Virus record (IMG/VR): IMGVR_UViG_2568526092_000002
Location: 9,536-73,535 of that record
Reading direction: 5' to 3' (one strand)
Source: a virus
Lineage: Duplodnaviria; Caudoviricetes
DNA: 64,000 nucleotides
Shown piece after piece: positions 27,704 to 37,294 of this stretch. Under the pieces are notes generated by a model. That model did no database searches. It was not told the origin of the DNA and saw only the letters and a list, made by a program, of their open reading frames with translations. Within the stretch, counting starts at the first letter, position 1, and each line of letters opens with the position of its first letter. Made by a program: the position numbers and the translations under genes.

Positions 27704-30622
27704 TTAAGCGGGGTCTCCTACGACTCTGACATCGAAGAAGCCGCCGCCAATGGCTTTTCTTGAAGTGCTTATTCTTACGTAAAACGTAGCTTGTTCACCG
27801 TGCTCAAGAGAACTTAATTCCAGCATGTGCGTTGGTGTGAACGGTTTGTCTGTCAGGCTCAACTGCACTTCTTCGTCTACGGGGTCTAAGTCCTTCTGTG
27901 CCGTGGTTAGTATAATATTCTTGACCTTGTACCCTACCGTATTCTTTAGGAATACCTTGAAAGTACCTGAGGTGTTACCCGCCACGACAGTACCGACTTC
28001 AAGATAACGAAGAACCTCTCCGATATCGGTAGAGTAGAATTGGTTACTTTCAGAGACGAACATCAGCCCTGCGTATTCAATCAGAGGATTAGTCACCCAA
28101 CTAGATGTGACTCCCATGTCGTCTTCCATGACAATCTTTACCTCATGCACGTTACCCAAAATAATTGATTCTTTTGGCAGTCTATACTGGACATTAATTG
28201 GTGTTGGGAGGTATTGAGTCATTGTCCCAAGTGTAGGAGGGTATACTTGATTCCCGTTCACTAGAATCTTGTACCTTACAGCGTCTCCGTCACCGTCAGT
28301 AATATTGGCATATAACATCTGCCCCCTGACCGATGCTTCTTCAGCTTTGGCTTCTGCATTGAACTTCTTGATCGTAAAGGATTTTGTCACAGTAGAGCCG
28401 AACTCGTCCACAACATTGACCGTTACTAAGTTGTCACCAATGGAGAGTCTGCTGTTCCTAATGGTGTGAACGTATGTGTAAGGAGTCTTGAGGTTTTCCG
28501 TGAAACCTGACTCTGGATATTCCGCCTCCCCGTTTATCAAAATCCGGAACTTTGTCATATCCCTCTCAGCGTCAAACACAGCAACCTCCAGGGTCACATT
28601 TTCCTTGTGGCAAGTCAGAGTCGAAGCCGTCAGGTTAAGGTTAGTATCTGTGTTTATCTTGGCGATGTTTAATACAAAAACAGAAATGCTCCCGCTAGAA
28701 TCAAGTGCTTCCACGGTCACGGTGTTGATTCCGATTTCTAAATCTTTGTTCATTAGTAGATGATTTACTGCGATTGGAGAAGGCAGTGTAGTTACCGATA
28801 CCTTCTCCACACCATTCACGAAGACTTTATAAGACATTGGCTTATTGTCGATATGGGATATACTACCTGTAAGAGTATAGTCTTGCCTAGCCACAGTAGC
28901 AGGAGTTACCTTCATGTCGTTGAAATATGGCTTCCTGTTTCCAATTTTCAGTTGGGTCAGAGCGTACTGGTAGCCGTTAGCCGTTACAAACGTTTCCCCG
29001 TCATAGTTATAACTTGAAGCGTTGAAGTAGCTGTTAACGTTATTTGCAATCGGGTAGGCATTAGCTAAATGCCCATCTCTAACACCAAACGCTCCTACGT
29101 GCGTCCCTGTTGAAGTAGGAAGAAACACATAGTCATCAGTCACCGCGAAGCTACAAAGGTTGTTTGGGAAATACCAAGGAATATCTGTAACGAACTCAGG
29201 TACAACGTTGTCCGTATCAAGCTTAATCCTGTAAAGCTTGGCGATACTTCCGGCCGATTGGTGGTTAGCTAATACGTAGGCGTACCCGTCATTTGTCTGC
29301 TTGTTGATTGCAAACTTTACGCCCGCCCAACTATTTAGCGTGTCTCCACTAGCCACGCTATTCACGATACTGTAAGCCTTAACAAGAGAGACACTCCACG
29401 ACATACCATTCTTAGTGATTAGGTATTTATGCATCGTAAACGGGTCTTCATTATGGACGGTGTAAAGGTGTCCGTTGAAGGGGTTGTAATCGTAGCAGTC
29501 AGGGTATGATGTGGTTTGTCGCCACCCTGTTATTTGGTAAGATCTTACGCCCTGAACAGCGCCACGGATGTTGGTGGCCCTAGTCATGTGCCAGATATCA
29601 TTACCGCCGTGACCCGTATCCCCGATAACGTCCAGCGTATTGTCAATCTGAACCAATTGCATATTGTACGTATACCAAGCAGGGATACTCCCCATATTTT
29701 TAATAGAGCTGTCAAACCCCTTGCTTAGAACGTCTCCGTAGAACTCCACTTGCTGAATCGTTTGGTCTTTACTTGCCCCCTTCCTGACAAGGGTTACACT
29801 CTTTCCGTACCAATTACCATTTAACGTAGTGTAGGTCCCTGTAATAGTTATGTTGTCCGCTACCTTGAGGTTATCTATATATATGGAAGTATTATACATA
29901 GGGAAGCTTACGTGAGACCTGAACTTCAGTTGAGTAAACCTAATTGGCGTGTCCCACTGGAACATGAACCCTGCGTACAGGTCTCCGTTGTCGTCAAACG
30001 GGTAAGAAGTACTTCCGGTCATTAAGGCGGTAGGATTCCACCCACTGTACCCACTGGCAAATGCGTAGTCGTACTGAGGGGCAACATTCTCAATAGAATC
30101 TGTGTACCATTGCCCGATAAGTCCATTACCTGCGGGCAGCCCTTCTGGCGTGGTCATTGCTAACGAGACTTCTGCTGCAGATAACTTTCTGTTCCAAATA
30201 CGAAAATTGCGTATATAGCCATTAAACAAGTAACTACCACTAGCCCCAAAGCCACCAATCCAAGCAACATTAGTGACTGAACGGTTAGCGTTGGATGCGT
30301 TTCGGTTGGATATGACTTGCTTCACTCCGTCGACGTATAGTTCCACGTTCGTTGCGTTGGGTATTCCATTGTAGAATACTCCCGCTACATGTACCCATCT
30401 GTTGGCCAGGGAAGCGCTAGGGATTCCTAATACATCGCTGTTGTTTGTGTTAAATCCAAAACCGCCACCAGAAAAATAGAGGTCATAGTTACTCCAACCA
30501 AACGGCATAACGCCTTCTACTCCACGCCAGTACATCCAAAATTCAACAGTGTTTTGCGCCCCCGACGCAAGGTTAACCCCTGTCGCATCAATCTGAACAC
30601 GTTGACCTTTTAGATTAGCCAT
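27704..30622 (-). CDS. Tail-associated protein: LamG/ConA-like lectin domain + further beta domains + shared C-terminal module
   Basis: TVEFW...WVHVAGV...LYVDG...FNGYIRNFRIWNRKLS LamG signature; shared C-terminal module. Confidence 0.8.
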   Translation of the reverse strand: MANLKGQRVQIDATGVNLASGAQNTVEFWMYWRGVEGVMPFGWSNYDLYFSGGGFGFNTNNSDVLGIPSASLANRWVHVAGVFYNGIPNATNVELYVDGVKQVISNRNASNANRSVTNVAWIGGFGASGSYLFNGYIRNFRIWNRKLSAAEVSLAMTTPEGLPAGNGLIGQWYTDSIENVAPQYDYAFASGYSGWNPTALMTGSTSYPFDDNGDLYAGFMFQWDTPIRFTQLKFRSHVSFPMYNTSIYIDNLKVADNITITGTYTTLNGNWYGKSVTLVRKGASKDQTIQQVEFYGDVLSKGFDSSIKNMGSIPAWYTYNMQLVQIDNTLDVIGDTGHGGNDIWHMTRATNIRGAVQGVRSYQITGWRQTTSYPDCYDYNPFNGHLYTVHNEDPFTMHKYLITKNGMSWSVSLVKAYSIVNSVASGDTLNSWAGVKFAINKQTNDGYAYVLANHQSAGSIAKLYRIKLDTDNVVPEFVTDIPWYFPNNLCSFAVTDDYVFLPTSTGTHVGAFGVRDGHLANAYPIANNVNSYFNASSYNYDGETFVTANGYQYALTQLKIGNRKPYFNDMKVTPATVARQDYTLTGSISHIDNKPMSYKVFVNGVEKVSVTTLPSPIAVNHLLMNKDLEIGINTVTVEALDSSGSISVFVLNIAKINTDTNLNLTASTLTCHKENVTLEVAVFDAERDMTKFRILINGEAEYPESGFTENLKTPYTYVHTIRNSRLSIGDNLVTVNVVDEFGSTVTKSFTIKKFNAEAKAEEASVRGQMLYANITDGDGDAVRYKILVNGNQVYPPTLGTMTQYLPTPINVQYRLPKESIILGNVHEVKIVMEDDMGVTSSWVTNPLIEYAGLMFVSESNQFYSTDIGEVLRYLEVGTVVAGNTSGTFKVFLKNTVGYKVKNIILTTAQKDLDPVDEEVQLSLTDKPFTPTHMLELSSLEHGEQATFYVRISTSRKAIGGGFFDVRVVGDPA

Positions 30623-30639
30623 TATATTGACCTCTCTTC

Positions 30640-32679
30640 CTACAGGGCATTGCCTGTTACTTTAATCTTGAAGTTTCCGCCGCCAACCGCATCATCGTTC
30701 ATAGTCAATCGAACGTAAAACTTCAGTGTGTCTCCTGTGTCGTATAAGTCAGGGTAAAGAAGCTCACTCTCAGGAGAAAACGGTGCATTACTTTGGCTTA
30801 TTTCAACCTTCTCTGATACAGGATCAAGTTCTCCTTGAATGGGTGTCAGCTTAATGTTCTTCACCGGATACCCTAGGGTGTTCTCTACAGTAATTTCATA
30901 GATGCCTGACTGCTCTCTTGCGTAAAGGACTCCAACGTTTAGGTATTTAAGAAGAGTACCGAAGTCAGTCGTGTAAAAGTTACTTTCCGTATCTTTAAAC
31001 ATCAATCCGCTGTACCCTAGTGCTCCTGTACTTGTCCACATATCTGTATCGCCCGCCGAATCAACCACCTCCACAACAACCGTGTTTGATTGGTTAGTGA
31101 TTACTTCTTTCTTGGGTAACGTGTACATGATTGACGTTGGAGAAGGGAAGGGAATGGAGTAGCCTGATTCTGGAATAACCTGCTTCCCATTCAGTAACAC
31201 TCTGAACCTTACTTGGTCTCCGTCAGGGTCATTAAAGTCCATGTAAAGCGTGTTACCTTTCATGACTACACTGACCACTGGCTTCTTGTTAAGTTTTGTG
31301 ATTGTGCTTTGACCGGACACTACGGTAGTGTTGGTCTTAAAGTTATCTTTCACTTCAATCTTAACTTCGTTAGCACCCATATTTAATTGGTCAGACCTGA
31401 ACGAACGTCTAACAATAAGCGGGGAGTTGTACCCCGATACTGTCCAATCGTCCAAAGGAACGTCGTTCAAGAGAATCCTGTAAGTCATTAAGTCTGTTGG
31501 TTCGTCCGTCACTATTGCTTCAAAAACAACGTTCTCTTTGTGGGTAGTGGCACTTGATACGGAAGTCACTATACTAGGTTGGTCATTGGTTACGGTGATA
31601 GTAAATACCTTTGTGCTTATGCCGCCATAGTTATCCTTTAACTCTAAGGTGAATGTGTTCGCCCCAATGTTCATAAGAGAGATAGGAACTATCACACTAT
31701 TATTAGTCACTGGAAGTGGCAGTAAAGGTGCAAAGTTATTTAACTCAGTCCCGTTTATTAAGGCACGGAACGTTGCAGAAACGGTGCTTCCCCTTGAGTC
31801 ACCAGTAATATCGAACTTTATTGCAAGGTCGTTCGCGTGAGTCGTAGTAGGGATGGTTGTGTTAGCTACATCAAGAGTGGTGAGGAATAGTGTCTTGAGT
31901 GTAGGGCCGAAGGTAAAGTAGTAAGCTATGCCGGGTTGTGTAGGGTTAGGCTGAATACATCCAGCCGCCCCGTTGATTGCTGTTACTCCGAACGAGGGTA
32001 GGTTGGAGTTTGTCATCTTGCTTCCTACGAGTGCCCCTGTATTCACATCAAAGCAACCAAGGAGACCATCGGTTTCGTTTGAGCCTGAACCCCAATAAGC
32101 CTTGTCTCCCGCAACGTACAGACCGCTCCCTGTGTAGCTTGAGTCTAACGAGTAACCACCACCTTCGATGGTGCATGTCTTTACCATAGCCGCTGTCTTA
32201 TTATTTAAGTCCCACTTATAAAGACCGTTGCCAGATCTGTTCCAGAACCATACGTACTGCCCGCCATCCCATCCACCACGACCATAGCTACTCATGGTAC
32301 TAGGTGCGCTGTACTGGACACGGCTAACAACTGCTTGGTCACTCTGTCTAATAGTCCACATAAACAAAAGGTTGTGGCTACTCGACCACCCAACAATGTA
32401 GTCCTGACCATTCTCTGTGAACACGGCGTATCCGTAAGGGACAGAACTTCCACTTCTACAGATGTACGAAATATAACTGTCATCACTGACCCAATTTCGG
32501 CTTCTTACATATGAACCGAGAGTGCCGTCAGAGTTTTTATTGTAAACATATACATTGTTCAAGTTTTGGTATGCAACGTATATGTATTTATCTCCAACCA
32601 TAACGTCAGCAATGTTCCCCGTAAGTGTTTGGGAAGTCGCCTGACCTGTAAAAACTAAGTCACCAATTTGATATGGCAT
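30640..32679 (-). CDS. Tail-associated protein: propeller-like N-terminus + Ig-like domains + shared C-terminal module
   Basis: Aromatic beta-rich N-terminus; DPDGDQVRFRVLLNG and FYTTDFGTLLKYL...ENTLGYPV module. Confidence 0.75.
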   Translation of the reverse strand: MPYQIGDLVFTGQATSQTLTGNIADVMVGDKYIYVAYQNLNNVYVYNKNSDGTLGSYVRSRNWVSDDSYISYICRSGSSVPYGYAVFTENGQDYIVGWSSSHNLLFMWTIRQSDQAVVSRVQYSAPSTMSSYGRGGWDGGQYVWFWNRSGNGLYKWDLNNKTAAMVKTCTIEGGGYSLDSSYTGSGLYVAGDKAYWGSGSNETDGLLGCFDVNTGALVGSKMTNSNLPSFGVTAINGAAGCIQPNPTQPGIAYYFTFGPTLKTLFLTTLDVANTTIPTTTHANDLAIKFDITGDSRGSTVSATFRALINGTELNNFAPLLPLPVTNNSVIVPISLMNIGANTFTLELKDNYGGISTKVFTITVTNDQPSIVTSVSSATTHKENVVFEAIVTDEPTDLMTYRILLNDVPLDDWTVSGYNSPLIVRRSFRSDQLNMGANEVKIEVKDNFKTNTTVVSGQSTITKLNKKPVVSVVMKGNTLYMDFNDPDGDQVRFRVLLNGKQVIPESGYSIPFPSPTSIMYTLPKKEVITNQSNTVVVEVVDSAGDTDMWTSTGALGYSGLMFKDTESNFYTTDFGTLLKYLNVGVLYAREQSGIYEITVENTLGYPVKNIKLTPIQGELDPVSEKVEISQSNAPFSPESELLYPDLYDTGDTLKFYVRLTMNDDAVGGGNFKIKVTGNAL

Positions 32680-32705
32680 GAACGTTTCCTCCTTATATAG
32701 AAAAA

Positions 32706-32726
32706 GACTGTCTTAGGAAGACAGTC
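32706..32726 (-). terminator. Rho-independent terminator
   Basis: GACTGTCTT-3nt-AAGACAGTC followed by a T-run on the minus strand. Confidence 0.7.
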
Positions 32727-33327
32727 CGAAATTGACTTCGCCGCCCACGCCTTTTCTGAGTGGTGCTTTGAGTTCTGTAGCAATGCGATTATTCTTCTTA
32801 ATCAGGAGCACACCGTCCATCTTTTGGTCTGCGACTAGCCAGAAGTTAATGTGTATCGGCTGACCGAATGGGATTTTACAAGTAGCCTTGAACTGGAATG
32901 TTATTCCGTCAATTTCAATAACGGACTTATACCCGAAGTTATATTGAGTTATAGTAGTGTCAGTGATTGTGCCGCCCCGACCACTTGCAAAGTTTACAGT
33001 TGATTCAGCATCTTTGTAGGTGATGATATCATTAAACTTTCCGGAGTGACCCGTAAGGTTATACTCCTTGTCTCCGTCCTTGTAAATAACTTCTATGCCG
33101 ATGCCGTCAAGGTTGAATACCCCGTCACTCTCGAAGAAAAACTTGCTACCGTGACCCATGACACCAAATCGAACCAGCCTGTCCCGTTGAATATCGTAGA
33201 AGCTGTTCTCTTTTAGTGTGTCAAAGTTAAATTCGGATAGGTAAGTACCGTCATCGTACTCACCCACCCATATAAAGTCTTGTCCTACAGGAGAGACCCC
33301 GTTGTGCTCATTGAAAATCGAAAGCAT
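32713..33327 (-). CDS. Hypothetical tail-module protein
   Basis: 204 aa, AAGGAGG RBS, within the structural cluster. Confidence 0.7.
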   Translation of the reverse strand: MLSIFNEHNGVSPVGQDFIWVGEYDDGTYLSEFNFDTLKENSFYDIQRDRLVRFGVMGHGSKFFFESDGVFNLDGIGIEVIYKDGDKEYNLTGHSGKFNDIITYKDAESTVNFASGRGGTITDTTITQYNFGYKSVIEIDGITFQFKATCKIPFGQPIHINFWLVADQKMDGVLLIKKNNRIATELKAPLRKGVGGEVNFGLSS

Positions 33328-33365
33328 GATACAATTTCCTCCTTCATTGTATTGAAGTCAATTTC

Positions 33366-33839
33366 TTACACGTACTGGTAGGACACACGTGTCAAGAATG
33401 TTACCAAACCTGCTGTAGCCGTTGGTGGTACGTTTGCACGAAGAGTAACCTTCGAGAAGTTTGCGGTTGTGTTAGCTGTATTAACGTTACCGTCATTAGC
33501 TGGCCCTTTGATTGTTTTCGCAGGAGTGTCGGACTTCGTAGCACGGATATCTTTCGTAACCGTCCCACCTACAGCCGTAAACGAGGATTCGGATAGCGAG
33601 TCAACTTTAACCTCAATCCAAGTATTTGTTACAAGTTCGCCTGTGTTACCGCCCGAACTATCCTTAGTTGTAAGTGTGCAGTTCTGCATGTCGGAGACTG
33701 CTGTCGAACCGCCACGGTTATTCCAAATCAGTACCGTAAAGGTAGTGGACAACGAACCTGCGTCAACTGTACCGATATCCCATTGCGTTACTTGCGAAGA
33801 GTTATCGGATGTATACCAAGAAACTATTGGTGCTGGCAT
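33366..33839 (-). CDS. Hypothetical beta-rich tail-module protein
   Basis: 157 aa Thr/Ser/Val-rich Ig-like composition; GGGAGG RBS. Confidence 0.7.
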   Translation of the reverse strand: MPAPIVSWYTSDNSSQVTQWDIGTVDAGSLSTTFTVLIWNNRGGSTAVSDMQNCTLTTKDSSGGNTGELVTNTWIEVKVDSLSESSFTAVGGTVTKDIRATKSDTPAKTIKGPANDGNVNTANTTANFSKVTLRANVPPTATAGLVTFLTRVSYQYV

Positions 33840-33893
33840 TGTATTTCCTCCCTTAATTGCTTAGTTCTAGAATTGTTCTTATCAAGCTATAAA

Positions 33894-33923
33894 CAATATA
33901 AGTTGGGCAGGTGAAACCTTAAC
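33894..33923 (-). promoter_or_regulatory. Candidate late promoter GTTA-N17-CTTATATTG
   Basis: Read directly in the intergenic region upstream of 33839. Confidence 0.6.
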
Positions 33924-33980
33924 AATTGCCGTGTAAAGAATCTAGTAGAGTAGTTGCTATGTTATCTAGCAGCGTTGCAA

Positions 33981-34012
33981 AATAAAAAGACCCTTAACGG
34001 GGTCTTTTTATT
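33981..34012. terminator. Bidirectional-type terminator
   Basis: AATAAAAAGACCC-TTAAC-GGGGTCTTTTTATT. Confidence 0.8.
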
Positions 34013-35243
34013 ACAGAATCTTCTTGTACTTGACGTACAGAACATCAGGGATTCCGTCAGTAACCTTGAGAGTTTCAGGTGCGAAGTTCACACCACGGAT
34101 TCCTCCGTTTCCGTCCACAAGGTACTCGAAGTTAATAGCAGGTGTCTGTACTTGACCGTTGATGGACAGAAGGACAGTCTTAGGTTTAGCCAAGCCGTTA
34201 AGGAACACGTACTCAGTTTCGCCGCCAGCCGCTTCAAACACTTCTTCTTCATCTTCAGTTTCAAGATTCACTAAGCGGTCGTTCTGAGCCTTAAACTCAG
34301 CATCAGCGACAGTCTCAAGGTTAACAATACGCCCCTCAGCAGTGCCGAAGTCTCCTGCTTTAAAGTAACCATTAGCCGAGTCAGCGTCACGGTCAGCAAT
34401 ACCAGCAGTCAGTGATTCAACGTCAATCACACGCTGTGCAAGGTCAGCTAGGACAGCCTGTACATTAGCACCATCGTAGTTAGGATCAACGACTACACCG
34501 ACAAGGCTTGCTCCTTTAGTCGCCGCTGTGGATGCCAAGTCGTTACGGATAGCTGTATCAGCATCAGTACGTGCTTGAATCTCGTTGGCAATTTGTTGTA
34601 CAATGTTAGTCGCAAGATTAGCATTACCATCATTGTCCAGTGTTCCAGAGCCGCCGTAAATATCCTTCATCAACTGGTTAAGGTTCATGTAGGCTTTAGC
34701 GTCAACAGCATCGGCTACAAGACCTGCCCCACCGCTAACAATAGCGTCAACAGGGATTACAGACAAGTTAGTACGAGTGATGTACTTGTAGTCGATTGTT
34801 ACAGCGTCAACGAATGTGTAAGGAACTTCTGCTCCTGCAACCTCACTGAAGAAGTCGAGGTAGAACTCTCCTGCATCCTCACGAACTTTAGCGTAAACTC
34901 GATCGCCGTCATCATCAATGAACGGGAAGTCTTGCGTCCCATTCTTACGTATTTCGAGTTCCTTACCGATCACAGTTCCTTCGGTGTTGGAATCTACCGC
35001 TACGACAGTGTTCAGAATGTCAGACGTGATTGTGATGGTGTTGAGACCCTCACCTACTGCAACTGCATTCTTTTGAACGAACACGTCGATTTTGGTATCT
35101 TCAAGGGATTCACGATGAGCGTGGAAATCAATATCCAAGTACTTCTCATTGATTTTGTTAGCAACGTCGAAGTGGTTGTTACGCATCAACTTGTTGTTCA
35201 ACTGCTCACCACGGAATCTAGCAATACCTCTAGTTCCTGCCAT
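34011..35243 (-). CDS. Virion structural protein (fibre-like, coiled-coil + beta domain)
   Basis: ORF 34011..35267; probable start MAGTRG at 35243 (GAGAGGTG RBS). Confidence 0.7.
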   Translation of the reverse strand: MAGTRGIARFRGEQLNNKLMRNNHFDVANKINEKYLDIDFHAHRESLEDTKIDVFVQKNAVAVGEGLNTITITSDILNTVVAVDSNTEGTVIGKELEIRKNGTQDFPFIDDDGDRVYAKVREDAGEFYLDFFSEVAGAEVPYTFVDAVTIDYKYITRTNLSVIPVDAIVSGGAGLVADAVDAKAYMNLNQLMKDIYGGSGTLDNDGNANLATNIVQQIANEIQARTDADTAIRNDLASTAATKGASLVGVVVDPNYDGANVQAVLADLAQRVIDVESLTAGIADRDADSANGYFKAGDFGTAEGRIVNLETVADAEFKAQNDRLVNLETEDEEEVFEAAGGETEYVFLNGLAKPKTVLLSINGQVQTPAINFEYLVDGNGGIRGVNFAPETLKVTDGIPDVLYVKYKKIL

Positions 35244-35295
35244 ATTTTTCACCTCTCTTATTATCATTTTGCGGTGTCTTCCTTTACCGCAGATA

Positions 35296-35325
35296 CATTA
35301 TAAGCAAGAAATCAAATATTTTACC
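35296..35325 (-). promoter_or_regulatory. Candidate late promoter GGTA-N17-CTTATAATG
   Basis: Read directly upstream of the 34011..35243 gene. Confidence 0.55.
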
Positions 35326-35347
35326 TGATAGGTGGTAGACTGAGGTA

Positions 35348-36187
35348 CTACCTCAGCCGAATCACTAGTTCTATAGTGACACCTTCAATGCCTTCGCCCC
35401 GTTCGACCACGTTAACGCGGAAGTGGTCATCCTTGTTGATTCGAGGAACGGATACAGCGTAAGGTCTACTTGACGTTCTACTAGAACGCTCATCCCCATC
35501 CACGACAAGGTTGGTATGGAAGATTGTCTCCCACACAGGGGTTGCGCTGTCGTAGCTTTCCTGAGAACACTTTTCAATCTGGAATGCGGTGTCTGCTATC
35601 CCTTCACGGGAAGTGGAAGCATAAACCTCAGTGATATCTCCCTCATACGGGAATCTCATGACTAGCTTGGCTATACCATCAAATACCCGACTCAGGACGA
35701 ACACTATTGTCTTTGATTCAGCCCGCCGCTCAATAGAATCGAGACGGTCGTCAAGGCTATTGAAGGGAGCATGTCCGTCCTTGTATTGCCTAGCCTTATG
35801 TACCTCTTCTTCCAGAGCCAAGAACCTGAGCCCATCAATGTTGTCATTTCCTTGGCGGTATTCCGGTTTCCAAGTCCTGATAAGGATTTCATCGCCAACC
35901 TGTAGCTGTACAGTCTGTCCAGCATACGGCGTGTCTCCTTGATACTTGCCCAGGTCCAGACGGATAGTTGTAGGGTCAATCTCTTCGTAGCCACCGCCTT
36001 CCAGCAAGTGTGCTCCGTTAAAGTACACATCTAATTGCTTAGTGCCCTCCCGGTATTCATGGTCAAGGTGAAGAAACAGCCCACGCTCTAACGCAAGGTA
36101 CTGCTCGTCTACAATGATTTCCTGCTCGTCCCAATATTGAAACACCCCTCCACCGTAGCGCCGAAGGGTCATCTTAGTTCCTGCCAT
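35348..36187 (-). CDS. Hypothetical tail-module protein
   Basis: 279 aa; LDVYFNGAHLLEGGGYEE beta domain plus a SLDDRLDSIE helix, typical of fibre/baseplate accessory proteins. Confidence 0.65.
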   Translation of the reverse strand: MAGTKMTLRRYGGGVFQYWDEQEIIVDEQYLALERGLFLHLDHEYREGTKQLDVYFNGAHLLEGGGYEEIDPTTIRLDLGKYQGDTPYAGQTVQLQVGDEILIRTWKPEYRQGNDNIDGLRFLALEEEVHKARQYKDGHAPFNSLDDRLDSIERRAESKTIVFVLSRVFDGIAKLVMRFPYEGDITEVYASTSREGIADTAFQIEKCSQESYDSATPVWETIFHTNLVVDGDERSSRTSSRPYAVSVPRINKDDHFRVNVVERGEGIEGVTIELVIRLR

Positions 36188-36201
36188 TCACTCTCACCTC
36201 C

Positions 36202-37284
36202 TTACGTGTGGTTAATATCCAGAATAAAGTGCAGAGGTTTAATCTGGAAACGGTCTTCCATCTTCTCGACTTTCATCCAGAACTTTCGTTCCCCAAGAGG
36301 TGGCAAACTGTCCATGTCCAGAAGCTTTGAGAAATCCCCAGTCGGCATATCTGCTCCATCATCATGGCAAATATCTGCCCACTCGTACCCAAACGTCTCC
36401 ATATACTTTAGGATACCAAGGGATATAGTATTTGCAGGCTTCTCCTTGGAAGGGTTCTGTAGTACCATCTGAACAAGAATCTGATTGTCGTACATAGTTC
36501 CAAGATACGTGTCGGTCTCCTTGTTAAGTTCTTTACCATTCCAGACGACCTTCAGTTCTGTACCGAACAGGTAAATGTCGCCACCATAGATATCGAAAGC
36601 ACCAAGGCTGGACAGGAGCGTCCCTTGCGTATCATAGACTCTAATAATGCCGTTGTACGGGACAGCGGGTAGTTCAATCTCGCACCCCGTCCAGTTTGGT
36701 TCGACTACAGCCGAAGCCACCGAATTACCATCAGGGTCACAAAGGTAAACTGAGTACCCCATTGGTAGATTACCTACTGTAATCTTGTCACTCTTGCAGA
36801 CTACGACTCTATCAAGATTGATCGTATCGAAGTTATCCTGCTCACGGTTCTTCAGGATGACTCCCATCTTCTCAGCTACCATAGGAGCGGTGTCGAATAT
36901 CTCCCATCCACTTCCGCGGTCTGCATAGAACGTCCACTTATTCCCTTTCTTCAAAGCCCGCCATTTGCTGTATTCTCTTGTGGTGGTGTCCTTACTCTCA
37001 AGAAACTCCAAGCGGTGGTATCCATCTTGCCAGATGATAATACCGCCTTCATCGAGAAGTTCCGTGGGCACATAGTCTGCTGTCACTTCCATTAAAACGG
37101 TCTGCTCTTCAGGAACGTCAAACATAATAGAAGTATCGTTGTCTGTGTGCGGCATAATGACCTGACCCAAAGGATTGTCGATTGAAATAGCATCACTAGG
37201 TGAAAGGGCATAGCGGGAATGGATGCTCCCGCTATCGAACCTATCATCGAAGATTAAGCCACTCGACTTTTTATAGACTCCCAA
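36202..37284 (-). CDS. Tail-module protein with ConA-like/beta-sandwich N-terminal domain
   Basis: FDDRF...GGIIIWQDGYHRLEF...W...K.G..W.FY pattern. Confidence 0.55.
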   Translation of the reverse strand: MGVYKKSSGLIFDDRFDSGSIHSRYALSPSDAISIDNPLGQVIMPHTDNDTSIMFDVPEEQTVLMEVTADYVPTELLDEGGIIIWQDGYHRLEFLESKDTTTREYSKWRALKKGNKWTFYADRGSGWEIFDTAPMVAEKMGVILKNREQDNFDTINLDRVVVCKSDKITVGNLPMGYSVYLCDPDGNSVASAVVEPNWTGCEIELPAVPYNGIIRVYDTQGTLLSSLGAFDIYGGDIYLFGTELKVVWNGKELNKETDTYLGTMYDNQILVQMVLQNPSKEKPANTISLGILKYMETFGYEWADICHDDGADMPTGDFSKLLDMDSLPPLGERKFWMKVEKMEDRFQIKPLHFILDINHT

Positions 37285-37294
37285 TTATTATCAC

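Noticed and set aside
18692-32679. Diversity-generating retroelement acting on the fibre genes
   Set aside because: No reverse transcriptase in the window and no template/variable repeat pair differing only at adenines was seen.
18384-32679. Active tail-fibre shufflon
   Set aside because: The adjacent recombinase is a deleted relic, all fibre genes share one orientation, and no inverted crossover sites were found.
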